Source: Gemmatimonadaceae bacterium (lineage in GTDB: Bacteria > Gemmatimonadota > Gemmatimonadetes > Gemmatimonadales > Gemmatimonadaceae). Taken from it: a stretch of 52,644 bases of DNA. Each line of letters begins with the position of its first letter. The first letter of the stretch is position 1. The position numbers and the translations under genes are program-made. Below, piece by piece: positions 1-7,286 of the stretch. The notes beneath the pieces were generated by a model that searched no databases, was not told where the DNA came from, and saw nothing but the letters and a program-made list of their open reading frames with translations. The stretch lies in NCBI GenBank assembly GCA_036375115.1, contig DASUSM010000297.1, forward strand, positions 1 to 52,644. Reading direction: 5' to 3'.

Positions 1-263
1 GTCTCGACGTGCACCTCGGCGTGCTGCGCGGCCGCGTCGTCGGGCGACGAGGGCTCCGACGGCGGCGGCTCGGCGCCCGATGCCGCCGCGGCATCGGCGA
101 ACGGGAGGCGCGACGGGAAGCGCTCGTCGACGATCCCGCCCGCCCGGAGCCATTCGCGTCCGCCGATCTCGAGCGCCGTGATGCGGCCGCCGAGCGCCGG
201 GACGAGGACGACGCGCGTCCCGTTGCCGCGCAGCTCGAGCGTGCCGGGCGGCTCGCCCGCCAC
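1..263 (-). CDS. partial CDS (N-terminal part, continues past left edge), aldose-1-epimerase/mutarotase-like
   Basis: Absent from the ORF track because no stop lies in the window. The reverse frame from GTG(263) reads VAGEPPGTLELRGNGTRVVLVPALGGRITALEIGGREWLRAGGIVDERFP..., with G/C at nearly every codon third position, which is the coding signature of this genome. The L-x-x-G-x-x-V-x-x-V-P-x-x-GGRI-x-x-L pattern resembles N-termini of mutarotase-fold proteins; this is weak recognition only. An alternative GTG start lies at 308. Confidence 0.35.
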   Translation of the reverse strand, partial: MAGEPPGTLELRGNGTRVVLVPALGGRITALEIGGREWLRAGGIVDERFPSRLPFADAAAASGAEPPPSEPSSPDDAAAQHAEVHVE

Positions 264-309
264 GGCGGCGGCGCCGCGCCCCGTCAGGCGGCGGAGAAGG
301 CCTGCCACG

Positions 310-1530
310 TCAAGGCGCGGCGGCGCGCGCGGGGGCGAGGCCGCGCATCGCGAGGACGCGCGCGACGGCCTCGCCGATCTTGTTGTTCGGCGTGCTCGCG
401 CCGGCCGTCAGCCCGACGCGCAGCGGGCCCGCCGGGAGCCAGTCGGAGCGCTCGACGACCTCGTGCGTGTCGGTCGTCATGTAGCGGATGGTGCCTCGCT
501 CGACGTCGATGCTCGCGGGATCGTCCACGTGGTACGTCGTCACCCGCTCCGCGCAGAGCGCGGCGAGCGACATCGTGTTGCTCGAGTTGAAGCCGCCGAC
601 GACGAGCATGACGTCGAGGGGCTCGGCGAGCAGCTCCTTCACGGCATCCTGCCGGTCCTGCGTCGCCGAACAGATCGTGTCGAAGGTGCGGAAGTGCTCG
701 GCGCGGTGCTCCTCCCCGTACGCGCGCGCCATCGACTGCCCGACCTCTTCGCCGATCGCCAGCGACTCGCGGGCGAGCATCGTCGTCTGGTTGGCGACGC
801 CGACCCGCCGGAGGTGCCGGTCGGGGTCGAAGCCGGCCGAGGTCTTGTTCTCGAACGCCGCCAGGAACGCGTTGCGCTCGCCGCGCCCCTCGATGTACTC
901 GCAGACCGCGCGCGCCTCGTCCATGTCCCGGACGATGACGTAGTGCCCCTCGGGGAAGCGCGTCACCTGCGACGCCGTCGCGCGCGTCTCCTCGTGGTAG
1001 TATTTGCCGTGGATGAGCGCGGTATAGCCGTCGCGGGCATAGCTCTCGACACGCTTCCAGACGTTGAGCACCGATCCGCAGGTCGTGTCCACCATGATGC
1101 AGCCGAGGGCGCGCAGCCGCGCGAAGTCCTCGACGGTGACGCCGAAGGCGGGGAGGATGACGACGTCCTCGGCGCGCACGGTGGAGAAGTCGAAGCCCGC
1201 CGCGCCGGGGACGAGGAACTCGATCCCCATCTCCTGGAGGCGAGCGTTGACGTGCGGGTTGTGGATGATCTCGCCTGCGAGGAGGATTCGCCGGTCCGGG
1301 AACTTCCGCCGCGTCTGGTAGGCGTACTCGACCGCACGCTCGACACCGTAGCAGAAGCCGAACTCGCGCGCGAGCCGGATGGTGACGTCGCCGACGGTCA
1401 GGCTGAAGTCGTTGGCGCGCAGCTGGTCGACGAGGTCGCCGGTATAGTCCGCGGCGAGCGTCTCCTGGACCTCCGACTTGAGCCCGAAGCCCTTCCGGAA
1501 GTAGGTCGCGTTCTGGTCGGGTGAAGCCAT
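310..1530 (-). CDS. ispH: 4-hydroxy-3-methylbut-2-enyl diphosphate reductase (IspH/LytB, long form)
   Basis: ORF 310..1590(-). Conserved IspH blocks are GFCYGVERAV, VDTTCGSV and DTICSATQDRQ (the three Fe-S cysteines) and VVGGFNSSNT. I set the start to the internal ATG at 1530 (MASPDQNATYF...). The 20 upstream codons are Pro/Ala-rich and approach the intergenic G-rich repeat. Confidence 0.9.
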   Translation of the reverse strand: MASPDQNATYFRKGFGLKSEVQETLAADYTGDLVDQLRANDFSLTVGDVTIRLAREFGFCYGVERAVEYAYQTRRKFPDRRILLAGEIIHNPHVNARLQEMGIEFLVPGAAGFDFSTVRAEDVVILPAFGVTVEDFARLRALGCIMVDTTCGSVLNVWKRVESYARDGYTALIHGKYYHEETRATASQVTRFPEGHYVIVRDMDEARAVCEYIEGRGERNAFLAAFENKTSAGFDPDRHLRRVGVANQTTMLARESLAIGEEVGQSMARAYGEEHRAEHFRTFDTICSATQDRQDAVKELLAEPLDVMLVVGGFNSSNTMSLAALCAERVTTYHVDDPASIDVERGTIRYMTTDTHEVVERSDWLPAGPLRVGLTAGASTPNNKIGEAVARVLAMRGLAPARAAAP

Positions 1531-1559
1531 GGAGGGAATATAGGGACGTGGAGCGGCGA

Positions 1560-1748
1560 GGGGACCGGCTGGGGACCAGGGACCGGGCACCAGGGACCGG
1601 AGCCGTAGGAGGGCGGCCCATCACCCGGCCGAGGCCGCTCGCCGCTGGTCTCGCGCGCCTGCCCGTGGTAGGATGCCGTCCGCGGCGGGGGCCGTGCTCT
1701 TGTCCCGGTCCCCGCGTTCCGGTCCCCAGCCGGTCCCCAGTACCCAGG
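1560..1748. repeat. G-tract/C-tract inverted-repeat element (perfect 18-bp arms, ~143-bp spacer)
   Basis: GGGGACCGGCTGGGGACC at 1560-1577 is the exact reverse complement of 1721-1738. The arms extend imperfectly (GGGACC/GGGGACC units) over 1560-1600 and 1702-1748. It lies in the divergent ispH/ldcA intergenic region. Confidence 0.75.
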
Positions 1749-1765
1749 CCTTGGTCACCGCACAC

Positions 1766-2743
1766 GTGTCCCCAGACGACGGCTCTCCCAGCCCGTCCCT
1801 CATCCGCCCCCCCGCGATCCAGAAGGGCGACCTCATCGGCGTCGTCGCGCCCTCGTACAGCCCGCGGCCGGGGTGGCTCGCGCGCGGCGTGCGCGCCCTC
1901 GAGCGCGCCGGGTTCGGCGTCGTGCTCGACACCGAGATCGATGTGAGCCGGCGCTTCCAGCGCGTCGAGGACGAGCGCCGGGCGGAGAACTTCATGGGGA
2001 TGTGGCTGGACCCGCGCGTGCGCGCCGTGATCGGCGGCACCGGCGGCTACGGCGCCGTGCGCATGCTCCCGCACCTCGAGCCCGAGATCTTCCGCCGCAA
2101 CCCGAAGTCCTTCGTCGGCTACTCGGACATCACCGCGCTCCACCTCTGGCTGATGCGCCGCGCGGGGCTCCGCGTCTTTCACGGCCCGACGGTCGACGAC
2201 CTGGTCCCGGGCACGCGCGACCCGACGATGGCCTCGCTCCTCACCGCGCTCACGACGCCGCGGCCGACAGCGCGCATCGGGCGCGACATCGCGCGGCCGG
2301 TGCGGCCGGGGCGCGCGACGGGCCGGCTGATCGGCGGAAACCTCTCGCTCGTGCAGCAGACCATCGGCACGCCGTACGAGGTGGACACGCGCGACGCGAT
2401 CCTCTTCCTCGAGGAGACGCGCGACCCGATGTCCGTCGCCGACGAGCGCATCGTGCACCTGCGCGCCGCGGGGCTCCTGCGGCACGTGCGGGGGATCGTC
2501 TTCGGGCAGCTCTCGCTCGACCGGTCGGAGGAGGACGAGTTCGAGGACTTCATCCTCGATCTCGTCTCCGACCTCGACGTCCCCGTCCTGATGGACTTCC
2601 CCGCGGGCCACGAGATCCCGAACCTGACGCTTCCGATCGGCACCGAGGTCGAGCTCGTCGCCGAGGAGACGACGGGATGGCTCGTCTACCGGGAGGACGC
2701 GCTCGTCCCCGTCGCCGTGGAGGGCGCGGCGAGCGCGGGCTGA
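1766..2743 (+). CDS. ldcA: LD-carboxypeptidase (peptidase S66, muramoyltetrapeptide carboxypeptidase-like)
   Basis: ORF 1673..2743(+). S66 hallmarks are GDLIGVVAPS, GGTGGYGA, the nucleophile elbow VGYSDITALH and the His block DFPAGHE. The start is uncertain. ATG 1673 would translate the C-rich arm of the inverted repeat; GTG 1766 (or TTG 1751) lies just beyond it. Confidence 0.8.
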   Translation: MSPDDGSPSPSLIRPPAIQKGDLIGVVAPSYSPRPGWLARGVRALERAGFGVVLDTEIDVSRRFQRVEDERRAENFMGMWLDPRVRAVIGGTGGYGAVRMLPHLEPEIFRRNPKSFVGYSDITALHLWLMRRAGLRVFHGPTVDDLVPGTRDPTMASLLTALTTPRPTARIGRDIARPVRPGRATGRLIGGNLSLVQQTIGTPYEVDTRDAILFLEETRDPMSVADERIVHLRAAGLLRHVRGIVFGQLSLDRSEEDEFEDFILDLVSDLDVPVLMDFPAGHEIPNLTLPIGTEVELVAEETTGWLVYREDALVPVAVEGAASAG

Positions 2744-2747
2744 GCGC

Positions 2748-3320
2748 TCAGTCCTCCCACGCGGCCGGCGCGAGCCACGGTGCGAGCGCGTAGGTCACGA
2801 GCACCTCGTACGCGCGCTGCCGGTCGACGAGCCCCGCCGTGAGCAGCCCGACGGCGCCGGGACCGCGCTTCGTGTCGTGCGCACCGGCGACGCGATCCAT
2901 CGCCGCGCCGAGCTCGAGCCCGCCGCGCACGAGCGCGGCGACCTTCGGCGGCAGCGGCATCGAGAGCGAGCCGCCGACCCCGCGCCGCCCGTCGCGCGAG
3001 ATCGCCGCCGCCCACGCGCACGTGCGCAGCCCGCCGTCGGCGGACTCGACCACGCCTCCCTCGATGCCGACGGCGAGCTCCACGCCGTCGTTCCTCCCCG
3101 CCGCGAGCGCAGCGCTTGCGCGCGACTCCGCGCCGCGGATCGTCTCCTCGTCTCCCCACGGCTGATCGGGGACCGTCGACGCGACGACGAGTCCCTCGAC
3201 GCGCGCGTCCGGCGCGATGCGACCGATGACGGCGCGCACCGCGCCCACCTTCACGGGATTCGCCGACCCGACGACGACGCGTCGGATGGCCGCGAGCTGA
3301 AGAGGAGGGCGTTCGGGCAT
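2748..3320 (-). CDS. yjjX: inosine/xanthosine triphosphatase-type NTPase (YjjX / DUF84 family)
   Basis: ORF 2748..3413(-). VVVGSANPVKVGAV, TVPDQPWGDEETIRGAESR and GAVGLLTAGLVDRQRAYEVLVTYALAPW match the E. coli YjjX blocks (TTNPAK, GVPEQPFGSEETRAGARNR, GAIGVFTAGKLTR...ALSPF). The start is set at internal ATG 3320 (MPERPPLQ...). Confidence 0.8.
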   Translation of the reverse strand: MPERPPLQLAAIRRVVVGSANPVKVGAVRAVIGRIAPDARVEGLVVASTVPDQPWGDEETIRGAESRASAALAAGRNDGVELAVGIEGGVVESADGGLRTCAWAAAISRDGRRGVGGSLSMPLPPKVAALVRGGLELGAAMDRVAGAHDTKRGPGAVGLLTAGLVDRQRAYEVLVTYALAPWLAPAAWED

Positions 3321-3457
3321 CTGCGCGAGATAAACATGTGATATCGGCTGGTGCCGCACGCTATCCATGCGCGGCACGCCGCGCAACATCGCGCGTCGTC
3401 TCGTGCATCGCATCGCGCGCTTGTGCCCTCCCGTACCGCGGGGTACGTTGTCCGCCC

Positions 3458-4150
3458 ATGGAGCGCGTCGCCGCAGACACCCAGGTCCAGCTCATCGCGG
3501 TCCCCTCGGACACGATGACGTTCACGGCCCCGCACTCCTTCACGTTCGTCGGCGAGCGGCTCTGGCTCGACTTCGTGAACACCGACGACGTGCGCCGCGG
3601 CGCGCGCGTGGATGCGCTCGCGAACTTCGATGGGATGCTCGCCTGGCTCGCCGCGGCGGCGGTGCTCGATCACGAGCGCGCGACCGGGATGCGGCGCCGC
3701 GCGCTGCAGCAGCCGTCCGGGGCGAGCGCGGCGCTCGTCGACGCACGCCGCGTCCGCGCGGCGCTGCGCCACCTCGCGGAGCGCGGTCCGATGGCCGCCG
3801 GGGTCCGCGCCGACGCGCTCGGAGAGATCAACCGCGTGCTCGGACGCAGCGCGGGGACGCGACGCGTGGACGCGCGCCCCGACGGCACCTTCGCGCGCAG
3901 CTTCGTCGCCGTCGGCGACGCCTTCGCCGGTCTCATGATCCCCATCGTCGAGTCCGCCGCCGACTCGCTCATCACCGGCGAGCTGGCGCGCGTTCGCCGC
4001 TGCTCCGACCATCGCTGCCCGCGGGTCTTTCTCGACGCGACGAAGAACGGACGGCGGCGCTGGTGCGACATGGCCGTCTGCGGCAACCGCGCGAAGGCCG
4101 CGCGCCACCGCCAGCGGCGGGGCGCCGCGCCGCCGTCGCTCCAGGCCTGA
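3458..4150 (+). CDS. CGNR zinc-finger protein (ABATE N-domain + zf-CGNR)
   Basis: ORF 3338..4150(+). The C-terminal block is C-x-DHRC-x(13)-RRWCDMAVCGNRAKAARHRQR. The N-terminal FVNTDD/ABATE-like region begins after ATG 3458 (MERVAAD...). ATG 3515 is also possible. Confidence 0.8.
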   Translation: MERVAADTQVQLIAVPSDTMTFTAPHSFTFVGERLWLDFVNTDDVRRGARVDALANFDGMLAWLAAAAVLDHERATGMRRRALQQPSGASAALVDARRVRAALRHLAERGPMAAGVRADALGEINRVLGRSAGTRRVDARPDGTFARSFVAVGDAFAGLMIPIVESAADSLITGELARVRRCSDHRCPRVFLDATKNGRRRWCDMAVCGNRAKAARHRQRRGAAPPSLQA

Positions 4151-4184
4151 TCGCGCCGGCGCGCCGGGCCGTCGCGGCGCCACG

Positions 4185-4709
4185 ATGCGCACCGTGACCG
4201 TCGAGCGGGTCTACCTCGAGATGCGCGAGCCGCCTGCCGGACGGCGCTCCGGGGAGGGCGAGCCGGCCGGACCGCTCCGCCTCGAGCGCGTCGATCCCTG
4301 CCCCGTGCCGCTCTTCCGCCGGCTCTACCGCGAGGTCGGCGAGGCGTACCACTGGCGCGATCGCGACGCGTGGTCCGACGATCAGCTCGCACGTCACCTC
4401 GCGCGCCCGGACGTCGAGGTCCACGTGCTCTGGGAGGACGACGCGCCGGCCGGCTTCTTCGAGCTGGTTCGCCACGCCGATGATGGCGGCACCGAGATCG
4501 CCTACTTCGGGCTCGCCCCGCGCTTCGTCGGGCGGGGGCTCGGGAAGCGGCTGCTCTCGGCGGCGGTCGATGCGGCGTGGCAGGGTGGAGCGACGCGCGT
4601 CTGGCTGCACACCTGCTCCCTCGACGCGCCGGCCGCGCTCCCCAATTACCTCGCGCGCGGCTTCCGCGAGTATCGGCGCGAGACGTACGAGGCCGAGCTC
4701 CCCGACTGA
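4185..4709 (+). CDS. GNAT family N-acetyltransferase
   Basis: ORF 4185..4709(+) with an ATG start. The acetyl-CoA binding block is FVGRGLGKRLL, and WLHTCSLDAPAALPNYLARGF is a typical GNAT C-terminus. Confidence 0.8.
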   Translation: MRTVTVERVYLEMREPPAGRRSGEGEPAGPLRLERVDPCPVPLFRRLYREVGEAYHWRDRDAWSDDQLARHLARPDVEVHVLWEDDAPAGFFELVRHADDGGTEIAYFGLAPRFVGRGLGKRLLSAAVDAAWQGGATRVWLHTCSLDAPAALPNYLARGFREYRRETYEAELPD

Positions 4710-4714
4710 GCGCC

Positions 4715-4784
4715 GGACGCCGGCCACCGAACGCCGGCCATCGAACGCCGGCCATCGAACGCCGGCGTCAGACGCCGGCCGGCG
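4715..4784. repeat. 14-nt tandem repeat, about 4.5 copies (GAACGCCGGCCATC consensus)
   Basis: The units are GGACGCCGGCCACC (4715), GAACGCCGGCCATC (4729), GAACGCCGGCCATC (4743), GAACGCCGGCGTCA (4757) and a partial fifth. Each contains the palindrome GCCGGC. The repeat sits between the convergent GNAT stop (4709) and the MCP stop (4768), and the last units overlap the MCP 3' end. Confidence 0.85.
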
Positions 4785-6609
4785 AGCCCCCGATGATCGG
4801 CGACCAGGTCGGCGTCGGGAGACCGCCCTCCGACTCGCCCGCGCGTCGCTGCGGCGCCTCCGGCGCGCCCTCGTCGGCGAGCCGGAAAAAGCCGACGAGC
4901 CGCTCCAGCGAATCCGCCTGCGCCGACATCTCCTCGGCCATCGCCGCGAGCTCCTGCGCCGCGGCGGCGTTCCGCTGGGTGACGTCGTCCACCTGCTCGA
5001 GCGCGTGCGACACGCTGCGCACTCCGTCCGCCTGCTGCGAGGCCGACGACGCGACGTCCTGCACGAGCTCCGCCGTCAGCTGGATCGCGGGCAGGAGCTC
5101 GCGCACGAGCTTCCCCGACCGCTCGGCGACGGTGCGCCCGGAGCCGGCGAGCTGCGTGATCTCCTGCGCCGCCTCCTGGCTCTGCTCGGCCAGCGTGCGC
5201 ACTTCGGCGGCGACGACGGCGAAGCCGCGCCCGTGCTCGCCGGCGCGCGCGGCCTCGATCGCCGCGTTCAGGGCGAGGAGGTTCGTCTGGCTCGCGATCG
5301 AGGTGACGATCGAGATCTTCTCGGCGATGACCTTCATCCGCGCGACCGTCTGCTCCATCGCGTCGGCGCTCTCGCCCGCGCTCGCCGCGCCGCTCACCGC
5401 GATCCGCTCGACCTTGCTGCTCGCCTCGGCGGTGCGGCCGATCACCGCGTTCATCTCCTCGAGGCTCGCCGTCGTCTCGCGCACGCCGGCCGCCTCCTCC
5501 GCCGCGCCCTCGGAGAGACTCTGCGCCGACGAGGTGAGCTGCGACGACGCCGTCGCGATCGCCTGCGCGCCGGAGCGCATCTCGGCGATCACCTGCGAGA
5601 GCTTCTCGCGCATCGCGACGAAGGACTGCCCGAACGCATCGTCGCCGCCGCGCGGGCGCACGCGGACCGTCAGGTTCCCTTCCGCCATCTGGTCGGCGAC
5701 GTGCGCCATGTCGCGCAGGTAGGCCGTCATCGCGACGAACGCCTGACCGAACGCATCCACGTCGGAGCGGGGGGTGACGACGACCGAGAGGTCGCCCCGG
5801 GCGATCGTCCCCGCCGCCGCCGCCATCTCGCGCAGGTAGCGGACGGCATCGCGCATCGACGTCAGCAGCGTCCCGATCTCGTCGGTGGACGTGATGCGGA
5901 TCTCGGCGCTCATGTCGCCGCGCGCCAGCCGGTTCGCCGCCCGGACGGCCTCCTCGATCGGCTCGGCGATCGACTGCGCGGCGAAGCGCGACAGCCAGTA
6001 CAGGGCGACCACGCAGACGAGCGTGACGACGAGGCCCAGCGCCCCCGCGACGCGCTGGAGCAGCCGCGCCGTGCCGAACGCCGCCTCGATCGCCGCCTCG
6101 TCGCTCGTCGTGCGGGCCGCGAGCTCGTCGCGCAGCGCGTTGTGCTTCGTCTGCATCGCGTCGATCGCGCCGCGGAAGTCCTCGCCGAAGTCGCCGTCGA
6201 TCATGCGCGTCGTGTTGCGGCGGGCGATCTCGTAGTACGCATCGAAGCCGGCGGCGAGCCGCGCGAGCGCCGCGGAGTCCACGCCGGCGATGGCGTGCCC
6301 GGCGGCGGCGGCGCGCAGGAAGCTCCCGCGCAGCGAGTCCGCGTCGGCGATGCGCTCGCCGTCGCTCGCCGCCGCGGCGTCCTGGAGCGAGCGCTGAATG
6401 TCCTCGAGATGATCCTCGAGCGTCCGGCTGAGCTGGAGCGACGGGTAGTGGCCCCGCTCGATGCGCGAGAGGCGCCGCTCGTTCACGACGCCGAACGTCC
6501 CGTTGATGGCGACGATCGACAGGAGCGTGCCGGCCACGACGATGGCCGGCATGCGCAGCTTCTCCTGGAACGGGAGCGCGCGGAAGCGCGCCTTCAGTCG
6601 CGCCAGCAT
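4768..6609 (-). CDS. methyl-accepting chemotaxis protein (periplasmic 4-helix-bundle-like sensor, poly-HAMP, MA domain)
   Basis: ORF 4768..6609(-) with an ATG start. The signalling hairpin is invariant: [35 protein letters not shown]. There are two TM segments ([14 protein letters not shown]; [17 protein letters not shown]). Three HAMP-like units follow (GDMSAEI..., GDLSVVV..., GNLTVRV...). Confidence 0.92.
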   Translation of the reverse strand: MLARLKARFRALPFQEKLRMPAIVVAGTLLSIVAINGTFGVVNERRLSRIERGHYPSLQLSRTLEDHLEDIQRSLQDAAAASDGERIADADSLRGSFLRAAAAGHAIAGVDSAALARLAAGFDAYYEIARRNTTRMIDGDFGEDFRGAIDAMQTKHNALRDELAARTTSDEAAIEAAFGTARLLQRVAGALGLVVTLVCVVALYWLSRFAAQSIAEPIEEAVRAANRLARGDMSAEIRITSTDEIGTLLTSMRDAVRYLREMAAAAGTIARGDLSVVVTPRSDVDAFGQAFVAMTAYLRDMAHVADQMAEGNLTVRVRPRGGDDAFGQSFVAMREKLSQVIAEMRSGAQAIATASSQLTSSAQSLSEGAAEEAAGVRETTASLEEMNAVIGRTAEASSKVERIAVSGAASAGESADAMEQTVARMKVIAEKISIVTSIASQTNLLALNAAIEAARAGEHGRGFAVVAAEVRTLAEQSQEAAQEITQLAGSGRTVAERSGKLVRELLPAIQLTAELVQDVASSASQQADGVRSVSHALEQVDDVTQRNAAAAQELAAMAEEMSAQADSLERLVGFFRLADEGAPEAPQRRAGESEGGLPTPTWSPIIGGSPAGV

Positions 6610-6643
6610 CGGCGGTCCGCTCGCGTCGTCCCGGACGGCCGGG

Positions 6644-7087
6644 TCACCGCGAGGTGAGATTCAGGATCTTCACCCCCGTCCCGATGTCGGCGGCGGCGGA
6701 GACGTAGCCGATCGCGTTCGGATTCTCGCGCACGAAGGCGAGCACCTCCCGGTCGGTCTTCTTCTCCGGCGGCGGGAGCTCGCGCCCCGAGAAGATCTGC
6801 TGCTGCCAGTACGAGCGGATGGCCATCACCGACTTCCGGTGGACGAGCTGCGTGAAGTCGCGCCGCGTCTTCGAGTCCTCGGGCTGGTCCACCGGAAGCG
6901 CCGCCTGGCCGTCGGCCCAGGCGGCGCGCTTGAGGAAGAGCTGCGCTACCGCCGAGCGCGGGAGCGCCGTCGTCGGGTTCGCGGAGTTGACGACGACGAT
7001 GAAGGAGTAGTCGGACTGGGCCCGCATCGGACGGGCCGCGGAGAGGAGGAGCAGCGCCGCGCTGGCGGCGAGGAGTCGGCGGATCAT
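6644..7087 (-). CDS. small secreted periplasmic-binding-protein-like protein (PstS/PBP superfamily-like)
   Basis: ORF 6644..7087(-) with an ATG start. The signal peptide is [34 protein letters not shown]...AIGYVS resembles short phosphate/anion-binding PBP-like domains. It lies 34 nt upstream of the MCP on the same strand. The family call is tentative. Confidence 0.6.
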   Translation of the reverse strand: MIRRLLAASAALLLLSAARPMRAQSDYSFIVVVNSANPTTALPRSAVAQLFLKRAAWADGQAALPVDQPEDSKTRRDFTQLVHRKSVMAIRSYWQQQIFSGRELPPPEKKTDREVLAFVRENPNAIGYVSAAADIGTGVKILNLTSR

Positions 7088-7286
7088 CGAGCGGCGTGGA
7101 GTCCGTGGTTGACACGGGTCGGTCCGCGCGTCGCTCGACGAGCGTCGCAGGGTGCGGTGGCCGACCGTCGGTCTGCAGCCCTGTGACGACCCAAGTCCGC
7201 GTCAGGCAAACACAAGCGCGCTGCTCAGTTACTGCACACCCGGATGAATTCTCGACGCTCCGCGGAGGTGCGCGCACGCGTCGGGA

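Noticed and set aside
284-2611. 775-aa ORF on the minus strand, plus 178..1524(+) and 1873..2793(+)
   Set aside because: These products are Arg/Ala/Pro/Gly-rich and lack motifs. They are shadow frames of ispH and ldcA, which carry clear family signatures in other frames.
4715-4784. Possible CRISPR array
   Set aside because: The units are 14 nt and directly abutting, with no spacers, and no cas genes are present. This is a simple tandem repeat.
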